Origin: the human T2T-CHM13v2.0 reference genome, Homo sapiens | DNA length: 64,000 nucleotides | Direction: 5' to 3' (one strand) | NCBI RefSeq assembly: GCF_009914755.1 | Contig: NC_060925.1 | Shown here: positions 42,632 through 55,456 of the stretch, piece by piece | Layout of the letters: every line of letters starts with the position of its first letter | Position numbering within the stretch: the stretch's first letter is position 1 | The notes under the pieces: generated by a model | Database searches by the model: none | Seen by the model: only the letters and a program-made list of their open reading frames with translations | What the model was told of the DNA's origin: nothing | Position numbers and translations under genes: made by a program

Positions 42632-43789
42632 GAAACATTAACATGAAATGTTAACTTTTGGTCGTCCACTGGAGTTTGAGGAATAATGGCTTCGTAAATG
42701 AGAAAAACACCAAGAGCTTTGTATGAATATAATGATTGCCATAACTAACTAGATACGCAAACTAAATGCACAAAGACTCTAAGTGCATAAGAAAGTAGAA
42801 GTCTAACACAGGATCCTAGAAATCCCAGAAACTCTAGACTTTCAGATAAGAATCCTATACCTTTAGTTGCCTTCTGGACATCTTCATTGGATCTTGTGAA
42901 TGAGACTGTGAACTGGTATTTAGCTAAGCATGGCTGCAAAGCATGCTGAGTCATCAGCATGGTAGGTAAGGAGAGGTGAGTGGTGGCCAGCAGTCCAGAA
43001 AACATTATTTTGAAAGGTTTTACTGGTAAAGCTTCAAGATCAAGGGTCCTGGGGCCATAGATGTGCTGGCCTGGCTGGCTGGCTGGGCTGTGCTTCTCTA
43101 GTTTATGGCTAAAGCCCAGCCAAATTCCCTTAGAGTAACTTAAGATTTGTTTTATAGTTACTTATATTTTTTGTCTTATCTCTCTGTGAGTTCCTTGAGG
43201 AGCCAGTCTCTGACCGGTTCATTATTTTAACTGTTCTTGCTGTATTTACTTCAGAGTAGGCACTCTAGAAATCTCTCTTGAGTGAATTAAAGGATGATTT
43301 AAAGAGCATTCACAGGAAGATCGGGTACAAAAATGGTACTACAATAATAATGACAATAATTGCTACCATTTACTGAGCACCTTCTATATGCCAGGTGCAT
43401 TGTTCGCATTTCTGATTCCTGTCTTTCAGGTCAGCAACCTTTTGTCAAATATTCACTGAGGCTGATTATATGTCCGGTTTTGTATTGGCTCCGGAGTTTT
43501 CAGGGAAGAAAGGGACCCAGTCTGTTGCCTTGAGGAATTCACAGAAAAGATAAAGTGCAATTACTATATGGTGAGCTCAGTGCTTCAACAGCTGTGGGAG
43601 TTTATGCACAGTGACCTAATAACCTTGGGAAAAGAGGGGTCATGGTGGAGCTAAATCTTAAAGATGAAATAGGAATTTGCCAGATGAAGACACTAGAGGA
43701 AGGCAGGGGACAGTGGATCAGTCTGGGTAGACAGAACAGTAAAGGCAGAGGTAGGAAGATGCTCAGCTATGTGATGGGTTTATGGAACA

Positions 43790-44245
43790 TTAATTAAGAA
43801 AATATATAGAACACTGGCTGTGTGCTAGGCACTGGGGATGTAATTATGAGCAAATCCTCATAGAGCTTATAATCTAGTATTTATGTTATCTAGGGGATAG
43901 CATAAATAATAGTAAAAAGACAAACATTTATCTACAAATTATAGTAAGTTCTATGAAGGAAATGAATTAGATTCTAAGAGAATAGAACATAATTTGGATT
44001 TGGTCTTTGTGAGAAAGGTACATTTAAGCAGAGACATAATGGAATAACAAGGAAGTGAGTAGGATGAAGTGTGTGTCAGATGGGGAATTCCATGTGAGTG
44101 TAAAGGCCCTAGGGCAGCCATGTTTAAGACGATGTAAGGCCACCAGGGAGACAGCTAGAAAGAGATCACATCAATTCCTTTAGGAGACATTTTAGGGAAT
44201 TTGCATTTTATCCGAGGTGCAAGGAAAAGGTATTGAAAGGTTTTA
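43790..44245 (-). mobile_element. L2 fragment
   Basis: TGTGCTAGGCACTGGGGATG...CCTCATAGAGCTTATAATCTAGT...GAAAGGTTTTAAGCAGGGGAG. Confidence 0.8.
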
Positions 44246-44588
44246 AGCAGGGGAGCAGCATGAGTTTTTTCCTTCATTTTTAAATGAAAATTTTGAAGCA
44301 TACATCAAAGTTAAAGGAATTTTAAAGTGAGCTCCTGTATACCCATCACATAATACCATTTTCATTTTATTGGATACAAAGATGTGATGTATTTTTAAAT
44401 GCTCTGTCCTCTTTGTAGAAGAGTACTGAAGAGGAAGGAGAAGGGGAAGTGGGAGCTCTAGCCCTAGTCTCATCATTTACTGTCATCGCAGGTAAAGAAG
44501 AGCTCCAGCATGGAGGCCTGGAAGGCTGCTCTGCACAGTGTGTGGCAGAGGCCAGACCACAGTGGGTTTTTTGTATCATGCCAGAGTA

Positions 44589-45137
<549 letters not shown>

Positions 45138-45181
45138 TATATGTAGGCCATGGGGAGATTGTAGAGGATTTCAGTTGAGAG

Positions 45182-45538
45182 TAAGGTAACCTCTTATCAG
45201 TGGTTTTACTTTCCACAGTTTCAGTGACCCTTGGTACTTGACCTTGATCCCAACCTTCGTCAAAAATGCTACATACAGTAAGATATTTTGAGAGAGAGAA
45301 AGAGATCACGCTTACATAACTTTTATTACAATATACTGTTATAGTTGTTCTATTTTATTATTAGTTATTATTGTTGATCTCTTACTGTGCTTACTTCATA
45401 AATTAAATGTTATCATAGGTATGTATGTATGTATGTATACAAAAACACCATAGTATATATTGTGTTAGGTACTATCTCAGTTTCAGGCATCCACTGAAGG
45501 TGTTGGAACATATACCCAGTGGAGAAGAGGGAACTACT
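45182..45538. mobile_element. MER44A-like (Tigger) MITE
   Basis: CTTATCAGTGGTTTTACTTTCCACAGTTTCAGTGACC...TTTCAGGCATCCACTG...GAACTACTG|TA. Confidence 0.85.
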
Positions 45539-45932
45539 GTAGTGTGAGCAGGCTTGCATATTCCAAGGGTCCTGGAGGCAAAAATGTGTAAGGAAATGTC
45601 TGACATGAGATAGACCTGGGCCTGGGAAGTGAGTCTGGAGCCTTTAGTCCTATGCAAGAAAGAGGATAAGCTGTGTTGTGTAAGGCCAGGGAGAATGGGA
45701 AGAAAGAGAGAGGGGGAGGGGAAATATTTGACGATTATTTAGGGGTATAATGCCTGAACCATAATAGTTGCTTGATAAGCATTTATTGAGTGAATTAAAG
45801 TACAATCAGCAGGACTTAGAAAGTCCTGGTGATGAAAGACAAGGAGATGAGTTGTAACCTGTGCAAGTCACTCAACTTCTCTAAGCCTCAGCTCTTCATC
45901 TGTGAGAGGGGAAAGCTAAGGGTACTTCCTAT

Positions 45933-46616
45933 TATATTTGTCAAAAATCTCCAGAGAAACAAAGTAAATGGGATGTTTCTCTCTCTCTCTCTCTCTCTCT
46001 CATACATATATGTTAGATACATGACCCTATACTGCACAGCTTATCCTCTTTCCTAAAGAAGACTAAAGCCTCCAGATTCACCTCCCAGACCCAGTTCTAT
46101 CCCATGTTAGATACATGTATATAAGTAGATACATGTGTATATGTATTAGGTGTAGGGGAGACATATAGGGAATTGGCTCACATGATTGCAGAGGGTCACA
46201 AATCCCAAAATCTGTAGTCAGCAAGATGGAGACCCAAGACAATTGATGGTATAGTTTTAGTACAGATGCTGGCAGGCTTAAGCCTGGAAAGAGCCAATGT
46301 TTCAGTCTGTGTTCAATAGCAGGAAAGAATTGAAGTCTCACCTTAAGACAGTCAGGCAGGAGGAGTTCCCTCTTACTTGAGGGAGGGTTGGCCATTTTGT
46401 TCTATTCAGGCCTTCAACTGATTGGATGAGGCCCACCCAAATTAGGGAGGGCAAATGACTTTTTTCCGTCTAGGGAGGGCAAATGACTTTATTCAGTCTA
46501 CTGAGCCAAATGTTAATCTCATTTAAAACACCTCACAGACATATCTAAATAATATTTGACCAAATATCTGGTCACCCTGTGACCCAGTCAAGTTGATACA
46601 TAAATTAACTATCATA
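45933..46616 (-). mobile_element. MLT2-type (ERVL) solo LTR inserted in a MIR; contains (CT)n and local duplications
   Basis: TCTCCAGAGAAAC...GGAATTGGCTCACATGATT...GATTGGATGAGGCCCACCC...CAAGTTGATACATAAATTAACTATCA. Confidence 0.88.
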
Positions 46617-46874
46617 CTTACCCTGCTTGCTGTGAAATGCTGTTAAGTTTTAAAATACTGTACACATGAAAGGAAGTATCACTATTGATTCAAAGAGAAA
46701 AGGTTACTTTAATGATAATAGCTTAATTTTATCCAGTGCTTCCCATATCCCAATTATTATTTGGTCTTACTAGCATTATCTCATTTAATTCTCTCAATAA
46801 CTTTATCCCTCTGTTTACCCGTTAGAGAGTCCATGTCTACAATTGTTGCTGCACACAGATTCCCTGCATTAAGA

Positions 46875-47045
46875 CATGGTGAAGAGGAGCACAGTCTCTG
46901 GAGCCAGACTTCCATGGTTTCAATCCCAGCTCTGTCACTAGCCTACATGACCTTGGGAGCAAGTTACTAACTTCTCTGTCCCTGTTTCCTCTTCTCTGAA
47001 ATGGGATAATTGCAAAGTGCTTAGGACAGAGCCTGGCATTTAGTA
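46875..47045 (+). mobile_element. MIR
   Basis: CTCTGGAGCCAGACT...AATCCCAGCTCTGTCACT...ATGACCTTGGGAGCAAGTTACTAACTTCTCTG. Confidence 0.85.
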
Positions 47046-47059
47046 TACAAATATATACC

Positions 47060-47060
<1 letters not shown>

Positions 47061-47096
<36 letters not shown>
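47061..47096. repeat. (TG)18 perfect microsatellite
   Basis: Uninterrupted TG run. Confidence 0.98.
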
Positions 47097-47102
<6 letters not shown>

Positions 47103-48047
47103 GTATTTGTGTGTTTATATATCTATGTGAATATATTGCAGTAGTAGTGGTGGTGATGACGACAGTGATTACACAGAGAGCAAACTCTCATGCCTTCAGG
47201 CACCAGTCAGGTAATATCAGTGTGTGAAGCGATAAATAATAGGTCAATATGGAGTGGGGGAAGTGAGTGGAGAACTAGGGAGTGTCCTCTTAACTTGAAG
47301 GCATTAAAATCCAGGAATTTCCAAAACACTACTTGGGCCACCTAAAACTCATTTTTTTTTTACCCTCAGGTTGCCGTCTGCCAAACTGTAATGAGTGTTT
47401 CACAAGTACTTCCCTTAACAATTGTGCTAGCAGAGTGGCCCATTTTACAGATGTCAAATTCGAAGCTCACTTACAAGGTAGTCAGTACCAGGGGAAACTG
47501 GGACTGAACAAAGGGAACAGAGGTCTGACTCCAAAGCCAGTAGGGCTATTTGGATGGTCTCAAGGTTCCTAGGTGAGTGGAACTGGAACATTCAGTTCGT
47601 CCTACTGTCTGTCATCTCTAACCCCTTTGAGGATACGATCTCTCACTGATCTGTGGCAGAGGTAGAGCAAGTGAAAGAGGAAAGGTGCCTGTGGTGCTTG
47701 CAGTCTCCCTGGAATGTCTTCTGTGCTCTCCCTGTGCAAATCCCACATCCTGCTGACACCACCCTCTCTTCTCCATTCCCGTGCCTATCACATGTGCGTC
47801 TGTTGGTGGCCATGCAGGTTATGGCTGTTTATGTTTGTGATGCTCCTTCCATTGTGAGCTCAGAAGGGTTAGACCCATATTCATTTTTCCATCTCCTACC
47901 TGTTTGAGTTTCCATTGAGTACCATCCATTAAATACCATCTGCTGGATCTGAGTTCTAGTTATTATCCATCTCTCATCAAGTGATGAAGTCTGGGTGATT
48001 CATTTGCCATCTAAGATGTTCAGTTTCTGCAACTTTTAATTTGTAAT

Positions 48048-48180
48048 TATTTATTATTATTTTTTAGATGGGGTCTTGCTTTGTTGCCCAGACTGGTCTC
48101 GAACTCCTGGGCCCAAGAGATCCTCCTGCCTCAGCCTCCCAAGTAGCCAGAGCTACAGGTGTGTGCCACTACACCTAGCT
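48048..48180 (-). mobile_element. Alu monomer (FLAM/FAM-like) inside a MIR
   Basis: Single antisense arm TTAGATGGGGTCTTGCTTTGTTGCCCAGACTGG...GCCACTACACCTAGC. Confidence 0.85.
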
Positions 48181-48207
48181 CTCCATCTTTAAAACTGGGA
48201 TAATAAC

Positions 48208-48625
48208 TGTCACAAGTTGTATTCCCCAGGAAGTAGATTCTGATGTAGACTAGCATGTAGGAGATTTATTAGGGAGCGTTCTTGGGATCATCACAGGGGA
48301 AGAGAAGGGAAGGAAGCAGGATCAGGCAAAGGGAGAAGAGAGGTTACAGTACATTTTTAATGAAGGCCTCAGCCCCTTCCATGAGAAGCTCTGAAGCTAA
48401 GATAGCCTTTCAAAATAGTCCTGAGTCAGGGTGAGGGTGTCAGGTCTTTATACCCTATGTTGATCACTCACTGGATGTGGACACCTCAAGAAGGGGGCAT
48501 GACCTTGGGAAAGACAATTCTCTCAGTCAAGGCAGTTTCAAAGAGAGTTGACAGTTGAGGGTTGTCTAAACTAAAGTTATTCTGTTTCAGAGGAGGACTT
48601 GGAAGGCATCACAGCCTCCCAGTAA
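48208..48625 (-). mobile_element. ERVL solo LTR (LTR16C-like)
   Basis: TTCCCCAGGAAGTAGATTCTGA...GATTTATTAGGGAGCGTTCTTGGGATCA...GAAGGGGGCATGACCTTGGG. Confidence 0.75.
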
Positions 48626-49370
48626 CCCAAGAAACCAAGTTGGTTAACCCAGTTACTCAAGTAACAACTTCACAGGAAGGTTGATACATGTAAAAGCATA
48701 CTGTAAGGTGTTAAACTTAAGGTTTTAGTTGTTGTTAATGTTAAAAGTAATATTACTGGGGCTGGGTAAATACTTCTTCAACTGAGTTGATTCTGTGTTT
48801 TTAGAGCAGCTTCTCAATAAAACTCATGCAGTTAGTATACACCCTTGTTTTATTCTTCTCACTTCCCAAAGACACCCTTCTCCCTCTCTCTTTTGTTATT
48901 AAGCTCATCTTAAACGTGCGTATGCCATCCTATTTTAAAACCTCTAGGGTTGGTTTGATTTGATTTCCTTTCCACTGAAATGACTGTTCTGAACTCTGAC
49001 CTTAATCTGGGATGGTTAGAACAGCTGGAAGCACTTTCTTGACTGTCTATCTATCTTCAGACTTTATATTCCATACAGTCTCAGAGAAAGTTTAAGTGCG
49101 GTCTTTAAACATTGCTAACATTAACAATTCCCATCAATGAAGTTAACTAAATGTAAATCAGTACTGGCACTAGCATTCCCAACTTTGTACTGATCCTGGA
49201 TAGGCTTGTAAGGCTCAGACGTCAGAATATCTTAGCAGAAGCTGACAACAGGAAAAATGAATGTTCTAAAGATCAAGAATATTGAGCAACTATGAGTCAA
49301 TTCCAGGGACTAGCTGCTTATAGAAAAGAACTGTGTATGGGAGTTCAAAGGTGTAATATGTTGTTGATTT

Positions 49371-49401
<31 letters not shown>

Positions 49402-49404
49402 ACA
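49371..49404. repeat. (CA)n microsatellite
   Basis: CA run with one CT interruption. Confidence 0.95.
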
Positions 49405-50404
49405 TACTGATGTGGTCAGGCAATCATTCTCTGAATTCCATCATCATTTGATTTCTCTCAAATATATATGTGTATATATTTCTAACTCACAAATCTCATT
49501 GTGTCATTTCCCTGATGAAATATCTTCTGTAGCTCCCTGACATCTCCATCAGAAAATCTAAAGTCTTAGCAAAGCTCTTATGTTCCCTAAATATGCCAGA
49601 ATTTTTATGCTGCTGTGTCTTTGGGCATGTCGTTTCCTTTCTGCAGAAAGCTTTCTCATTGCTTATGCATCCTTCAGGTCTCAGTTCAGATGTTACCTCC
49701 ACTGGACAGCCTTCCCTGGCTTCCCCACAATGACACTTGCTGTTCTGTGCTGCCTTTCCTCCAAGACAGTGAGCTGCAGGATGGAAGGAAATAAATTCGT
49801 GGACTAGTTGGAGGGGTGAGAAGATCAGGGTAGAGAGAGAATGGGAGAAGTTATATGCAAAGCCTTTGTACTTAAAACTTTCATCTTGCAGAGTCGATAC
49901 TCGGTTATATGTATCTCTAAAAGTGTGACTTAATATATCTGATATTTCATTTTGTTCTTGGCTTTAAGAAGAACCAGAATCTTTTGATTCAAGGATTAGA
50001 AGAGCTTCTAAAGGTAGGCTTTCTGACAAAAGGAAAACTTTCCCCTGACTGCCCTCTTGTGGAGGTGCCAAAATAGCCCAAAGATGGCAAGTCCATAAAA
50101 TCATCATAAACCTTAATTGAGAGAGCAGTTTTCTGTACTGTCTGTTGTACTGGTTAGTCAAGCTGCCATATGCATATAATTACATATTTTTAAAATTTGA
50201 ATGTGGCAAGGCATGCCCCAAACTGAATTCAGTTTGTCTCTGGTAAATCAGATGGTTCTTCAAGAATACAGAATACCCAGAGTGAAGGTTATGAACAGCA
50301 CATGGAGACAGGCCACATGTGATTAAGAGCGGTCTCTGGTGGATGAAGTGCTAGATGCACACTAGCTTTCACTAGCACTTTAAGTTCCATTTCCCCTAGG
50401 CTCA

Positions 50405-50540
50405 TGCCATGCCTAAGAATCATCTGCTGACCTATGTTAAAATGCTGATTTCTGAGCCATTCATCCAGATTCTGATTCAGTGTGTCTGGGCTAGAGCCCA
50501 GGAATCTGCCTTTAATAAGCACACCAGGGTGATGCTAATG
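50405..50540. mobile_element. MER5A-like (hAT-Charlie) fragment
   Basis: AGAATCA...TGTTAAAATGCTGATTTCTG...GATTCTGATTCAGT...GCCCAGGAATCTGCCTTTAATAAGCAC...GGTGATGCT. Confidence 0.75.
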
Positions 50541-50620
50541 GATGTAGCCCTTTTGAATCTTGCAGTGGGGATGGGTTTTATAGAGTCATTTACATGCTTT
50601 TCTACAACTGGGGCAACTTT

Positions 50621-51583
50621 CTTATTTTATTTTGAAAATTTTTTATTGTTATACTTTAAGTTCTGGGATACATGTGCAGAATGTGCAGGTTTGTTACATA
50701 GGTATACACGTGCTATGGTGGTTTGCTGCACCCATCAACCCGTCATCTACATTAGGTATTTCTCCTAAAGCTACCCCTCCCCTAGTACCCCCACCCCCTG
50801 ACAGGCCCTGGTGTGTGATGTTCCCCTCCCTGTGTCCATGTGTTCTCATTGTTCAACTCCCATTTATGAGTGAGAACATGCAGTGTTTGGTTTTCTGTTC
50901 CTGTGTTAGTTTGCTGAGACTGATGGCTTCCAGCTTCATTCATGTCCCTGCAAAGGACATGAACTCGTCCATTTTTATGACTGCATAGTATTCCATGGTG
51001 TATATGTGCCACATTTTCTTTATCCAGTCTATCATTGATGGGCATTTGGGTTGGTTCCAAGTCTTTACTATTGTGAACAGTGCCACAATAAACATACATG
51101 TGCATGTGTCTTTATAGTGGAATGATTTATAATCCTTTGGATATAAACCCAGTAATGGGATTGCTGGGTCAAATGGTATTTCTGGTTCCAGATCCTTGAG
51201 GAATTGCCACACTGTCTTCCACAGTGGTTGAACTAATTTACACTCCTACCATCAGTGTAAAAGCATTCCTATTTCTCCACATCCTCTCCAGCATCTGTTA
51301 TTTCCTGACTTTTTAAAGATCGCCATTCTAACTGGCATGAGATGGTATTTCATTGTGGTTTTGATTTGTATTTCTCTAATGACCAGTGATGCCTTTTTTC
51401 ATATGTTTGTTGGCCACATAAATGTCTTCTTTTGAGAAGTGTCTGTTCATATCCTTTGCCCACTTTTTAATGGGGTTGTTTGTTTTTTTCTTGTAAATTT
51501 GTTTAAGTTCTTTGTAGATTCTGGGTATTAGCCCTTTGTCAGATGGATAGATTGCAAAAATTTTCTCCTATTCTGTAAGTTGG
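50621..51583 (-). mobile_element. 5'-truncated primate L1 (L1PA), ~0.96 kb: ORF2 C-terminus and 3' UTR
   Basis: ORF 50940-51212(-) WQFLKDLEPEIPFDPAIPLLGLYPKDYKS...WNQPKCPSMIDWIKKMWHIYTMEYY matches the L1 ORF2p C-terminus; TSD ACTGGGGCAACTTT / ACTAGGACAACTTT. Confidence 0.97.
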
Positions 51584-52026
51584 ACTAGGACAACTTTTTA
51601 TAGAAGTCATGATTTTACCTATTCTCATCTATTGTCTCCATTAGAGCACTCTTTTTAGAACTTATGCCTTGATTTTTGGCTTGAAAGACATGGTCTTCAT
51701 TTCCATACATGAGATTGCTAGTAAGAATTAGGCATTTGATCTATAACTATGGAACAGACTTTCTTTCCTGTCTCCTTTCCTCCTTCCCTCCTTTTCTCTG
51801 TAGCTACCTACCTGTCTGCCTAACTATGTACCTATGTACCTACCCACCTGTATTTACAAACCAACCTTCATTGTGCCTTGTACCCAGTGAACCAATGTGA
51901 ACTTCAGAAAAGCCAGCCTTTCAGAATGGGGATTACCCTGGGATTTTGACCTTTTTGATAGGGAAAGATGAAAAAGCATTGGCCAGGAAGTTTAGCTCTC
52001 CTAGAGAATAATACCAACAGCCATTT

Positions 52027-52281
52027 TTTTAAGATATGGAGTCTCACTCTCACTCAGGCTGGAGTGCATTGGCATGATCATAATGCCCTGTAGCCTCAAA
52101 CTCCTGGGCTCAAGTGATCTTCCCACGTAATCCTCCTGAGTAGCTGGGAATACAAGCACACAACACTTTACCTGACTAATATTTTTTATTTTTTTTATTT
52201 TTTGAGACACTGGGTATTGGTTTGTTGTCCTGGCTTGTCTCAAACCCCCAATGTCAAGTGATCCTCCCAACTCAGCCTCCC
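52027..52281 (-). mobile_element. 5'-truncated AluJ inside a MIR
   Basis: Antisense Alu lacking its first ~40 nt; TSD CCAACAGCCATTT (52014-52026) / CCAACTGCCATTT (52282-52294). Confidence 0.9.
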
Positions 52282-53509
52282 CCAACTGCCATTTCTTGAA
52301 CACCTGCCAGATACCAGGCATTCTATAAGACTTTTTAGGTACATTATTACTAATTCATCAAAGTAGTTCACAGGTGAGGAAATTGGAAGCTTAAAGAGGT
52401 TATGTACTATGTAAGTCATCTAGAGTCTTTAAGGTTGAACTATAACTTGAATCAGGTATGTCTGACTTCAAAGCTCCTTCCTCTCTCACTGGATGAGCAT
52501 GTATCTAACTACCTGCAGGTGGATACCAATGGTCATCAGCCTTCTCTGGGTCTACTAGTTAGTTTTGTTGTCATTAAACATAAAATTTGGGGAGAAAACT
52601 CCATATTCAAAAAAGTAAGTTAGCAAATCAAGCATTTCTCCAGGGCACAGCTGCTATTTTCCCACTTTCTGAGAAATCTGAAAATCAGTATTGAAATAGA
52701 AAGGAAAAGAATGCTTACTGTGAATTTTTAGAAGTTTCTGAAGATTGTTTTAGGACCACACTGGGCAGCCACGTATCTTAATTTTGCATTTTGTAAAGAA
52801 CCTGTGGCATTGTTGACACTCCTGAAAGGTCAATAACTACTTGTTTGGTATTTCAAGTTAATTGTGAGTTTCTGCATTTTGCATAGCTGAGTCTTTATTG
52901 TTAAAAGGTCCCTCATAAATGTTGCATTCCCCTCATTGTTGAGAGCTGCCTTGAATGCCTAGTAGGCCAATGGAAATACATTTGTTGCAGTGGAAAGGCA
53001 TTTGACTTAACACAGCGTAATTAATTTTTCTTTAGCCATCAGGACATTTTTAAAAATCAAGTTTGTGTTTTTCTGATTATGAAAGAAGCACATGTTCAGT
53101 GTTAACAATTAGGAACATATAAAACAGTATAAAGATGATAAATCATCCATGATCTTCTTACCCAAGAGTAATTATAGTAGTAATTTTTTTAAAGTTCTTT
53201 AAATAAGGCATGTTTACCATGTGTCAACTCTGTTGTAGGGTAGGTGACATAATTCTAATTTTATAGATTTGGTAACTAAGCTTAGAAAGGTTAAATAATT
53301 GTCCTGCTTAGTTTACAACATTCTGTTTTCCCCTAGTTCCAAAGCCTATACTGTCCCACATAACCACTGTTAACATTCTAGATTGTTTCCTCCAAGTCTT
53401 TTTTTATGCATATTTTTTCATGGCTGAGATCATACTGTGAACACAGTTTTGACCCTCCCATTTACCCTTCACATAATGGTATAAGCATTTTCCTTATATA
53501 ATATGGCTC

Positions 53510-53870
53510 TGCCTCCCTCCCTGCCTTCATCTCATACCTGCCCCCTTCTGTCTTGTATGCCACACTCCAGTCACATTGGCCTTTTTTCTGTTCGTGGAAC
53601 AAGTCAAGAATGTTCTTGCCTTGGGACCTTTGCACTGGCCATTTCCTCTGCCTCAAACACTCTTGTCTTAGATCTTAATGGCTCATTGGTTAGTTTTTTC
53701 TCATCCTTTAGGTAGGTGTCAGCTTCAATATATAGGTTTTCCCTGAAAGTCTTATCTCACATAGGTCCTGTTTTCTTTCTTAGCACTTGGTGGATTTCCT
53801 TCATAGCACTTCTTATAACTTACCATTAGTTCATTTTATTTGCCTTTTTATTGTGTTATTGTATCACCTT
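53510..53870 (+). mobile_element. L2 fragment flanked by old antisense L1M pieces
   Basis: CACTCCAGTCACATTGGCCTTTTTTCTGTTC...GGGACCTTTGCACTGGCCATTTCCTCTGCCT. Confidence 0.75.
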
Positions 53871-54312
53871 CACCTTTATAGGTCTGGGCCTAACATGGGC
53901 TTATACATGATGCTGCATTGAACATTTTTCTATATAAAACACTTTCTCTATCATTATGATAGTTTCATAGAAGTTCAAACTAGATCAAAGTGTAGGAACA
54001 TTTTGAGGGCTCTTGCTTCACATTACTGCAAAAATTTCATCCCAGCATCCCAAAGTGTATACAACTATAAGCACTGTGTGGGGGTGCCAGTTTCACTGCA
54101 TCCTTGCCAGCATCATCAGTTTTTAAAGTCTTAGCTATTTTGATAGGTGACTTAAACCATGCCTGCACACTGTAGGTGCTCAGTAAATTTCATTTGCTAA
54201 AGAGATGATATATAAAGTTGACATTTGGCCAGAGTTCCAAGAACACACACATCCTTTCCTGGACTCCTTTTCCTTTGAGGTCACACAGAGAATGTAATAC
54301 AGAGAACAGCAG

Positions 54313-54395
54313 TAGCCAGTGCCATGGCGTACACCTATAATCACAGCACTTTGGGAGGCCAAGGTAGGAGGATGGCTTGTGGCCAAGGGTTCTAG
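54313..54395 (+). mobile_element. Old Alu/FLAM 5' fragment
   Basis: ACACCTATAATCACAGCACTTTGGGAGGCCAAGGTAGGAGGATGGCTTG; no tail. Confidence 0.8.
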
Positions 54396-55432
54396 AGAAG
54401 AGCGGCAAGTAGAGGTGCCCAGATTGGCTCTATTTTCAGCCTTCATAATCTGGGCAGGATCTTCTGAAAACTTTATTTTGCTAGGCCTAGAGGTAGCCAT
54501 TGTCTAAAAATACAGTTGCCCCTTGCTCCTTTTCCTCTAAATCTATATCCAAATAGTAAGGAAGGACCTATTCAGAGCAAAGAAAGCATATTTGCGTTGT
54601 CATTGCTGGCATAGACCTGTCCAAATGCCATTTCAATATTATCTCCTTGACAGATGAGGTACCATTTTTATTCAGATATCTAATTAGCAATCGCTTTAAA
54701 AATTCATCATATTTAATGCATGGCATAGTAAATACTTTATCCTCTGAGACTTTAACCCAATATAAAGCTCTTGAACCTGACTGTATTTACAGCTGCAAGC
54801 CTCCTTCTTAGGGAGGCAGCGAAGGGGGAGATAGATGCAGAGATATCCCCTTAGCATTATTTTCATGTATGAGTTTTAAAACTAGTTGTGAGGGTAGATG
54901 TTTTCCCACATGTTTGTTCACCAGTTGTAAGTCCTATTTGGGGTAACTGTTCATGTGTTTTGTCTGAGTCTGTATTGTGTTTTGTAATACATTTATGTGA
55001 GTGCTTTAAGTAGTAAAAGCAGTGATCTTTTTTTTTGTATCTTTGGTAAATATTTTTCCAGCTTGTCTTCCCTGAAACTTTTTCTGTTTTAGACTTCCTG
55101 AAGTTTTAAATGTACATGTAGGCCATTCCGTCAATATTTTTCCTTGTTAATTGCTTTTAAGCTTATAAGAGTCCAAGATTGGCTAATGGGTTACTTTTTT
55201 TTCCTAGTTATTTTATGGTTTGATAAGCATGTCTTGCTTAGAAGGTCCTTTCTACTTGTATAAAGGAACGTTGAAATTGTATGAAATGTAAATACCTGGT
55301 TCCACAGCATTTTCCTTGAAATTGGGAAATTTTTCTAGTTTGGCTTTGAAAAAAATAGATTTCAAAATAAGGTATAACTAGATAAGATTTAAAGGTATTT
55401 CTTTGTTTAGTTCCTTGGAACCATTCAGCTTT

Positions 55433-55456
55433 TATATATATATATATATATATATA
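55433..55456. repeat. (TA)12 microsatellite
   Basis: Uninterrupted TA run. Confidence 0.95.

Noticed and set aside
50632-51212. ORFs resembling a real protein
   Set aside because: They are the L1 ORF2p C-terminus and 3' UTR frames of a 5'-truncated, non-autonomous L1PA
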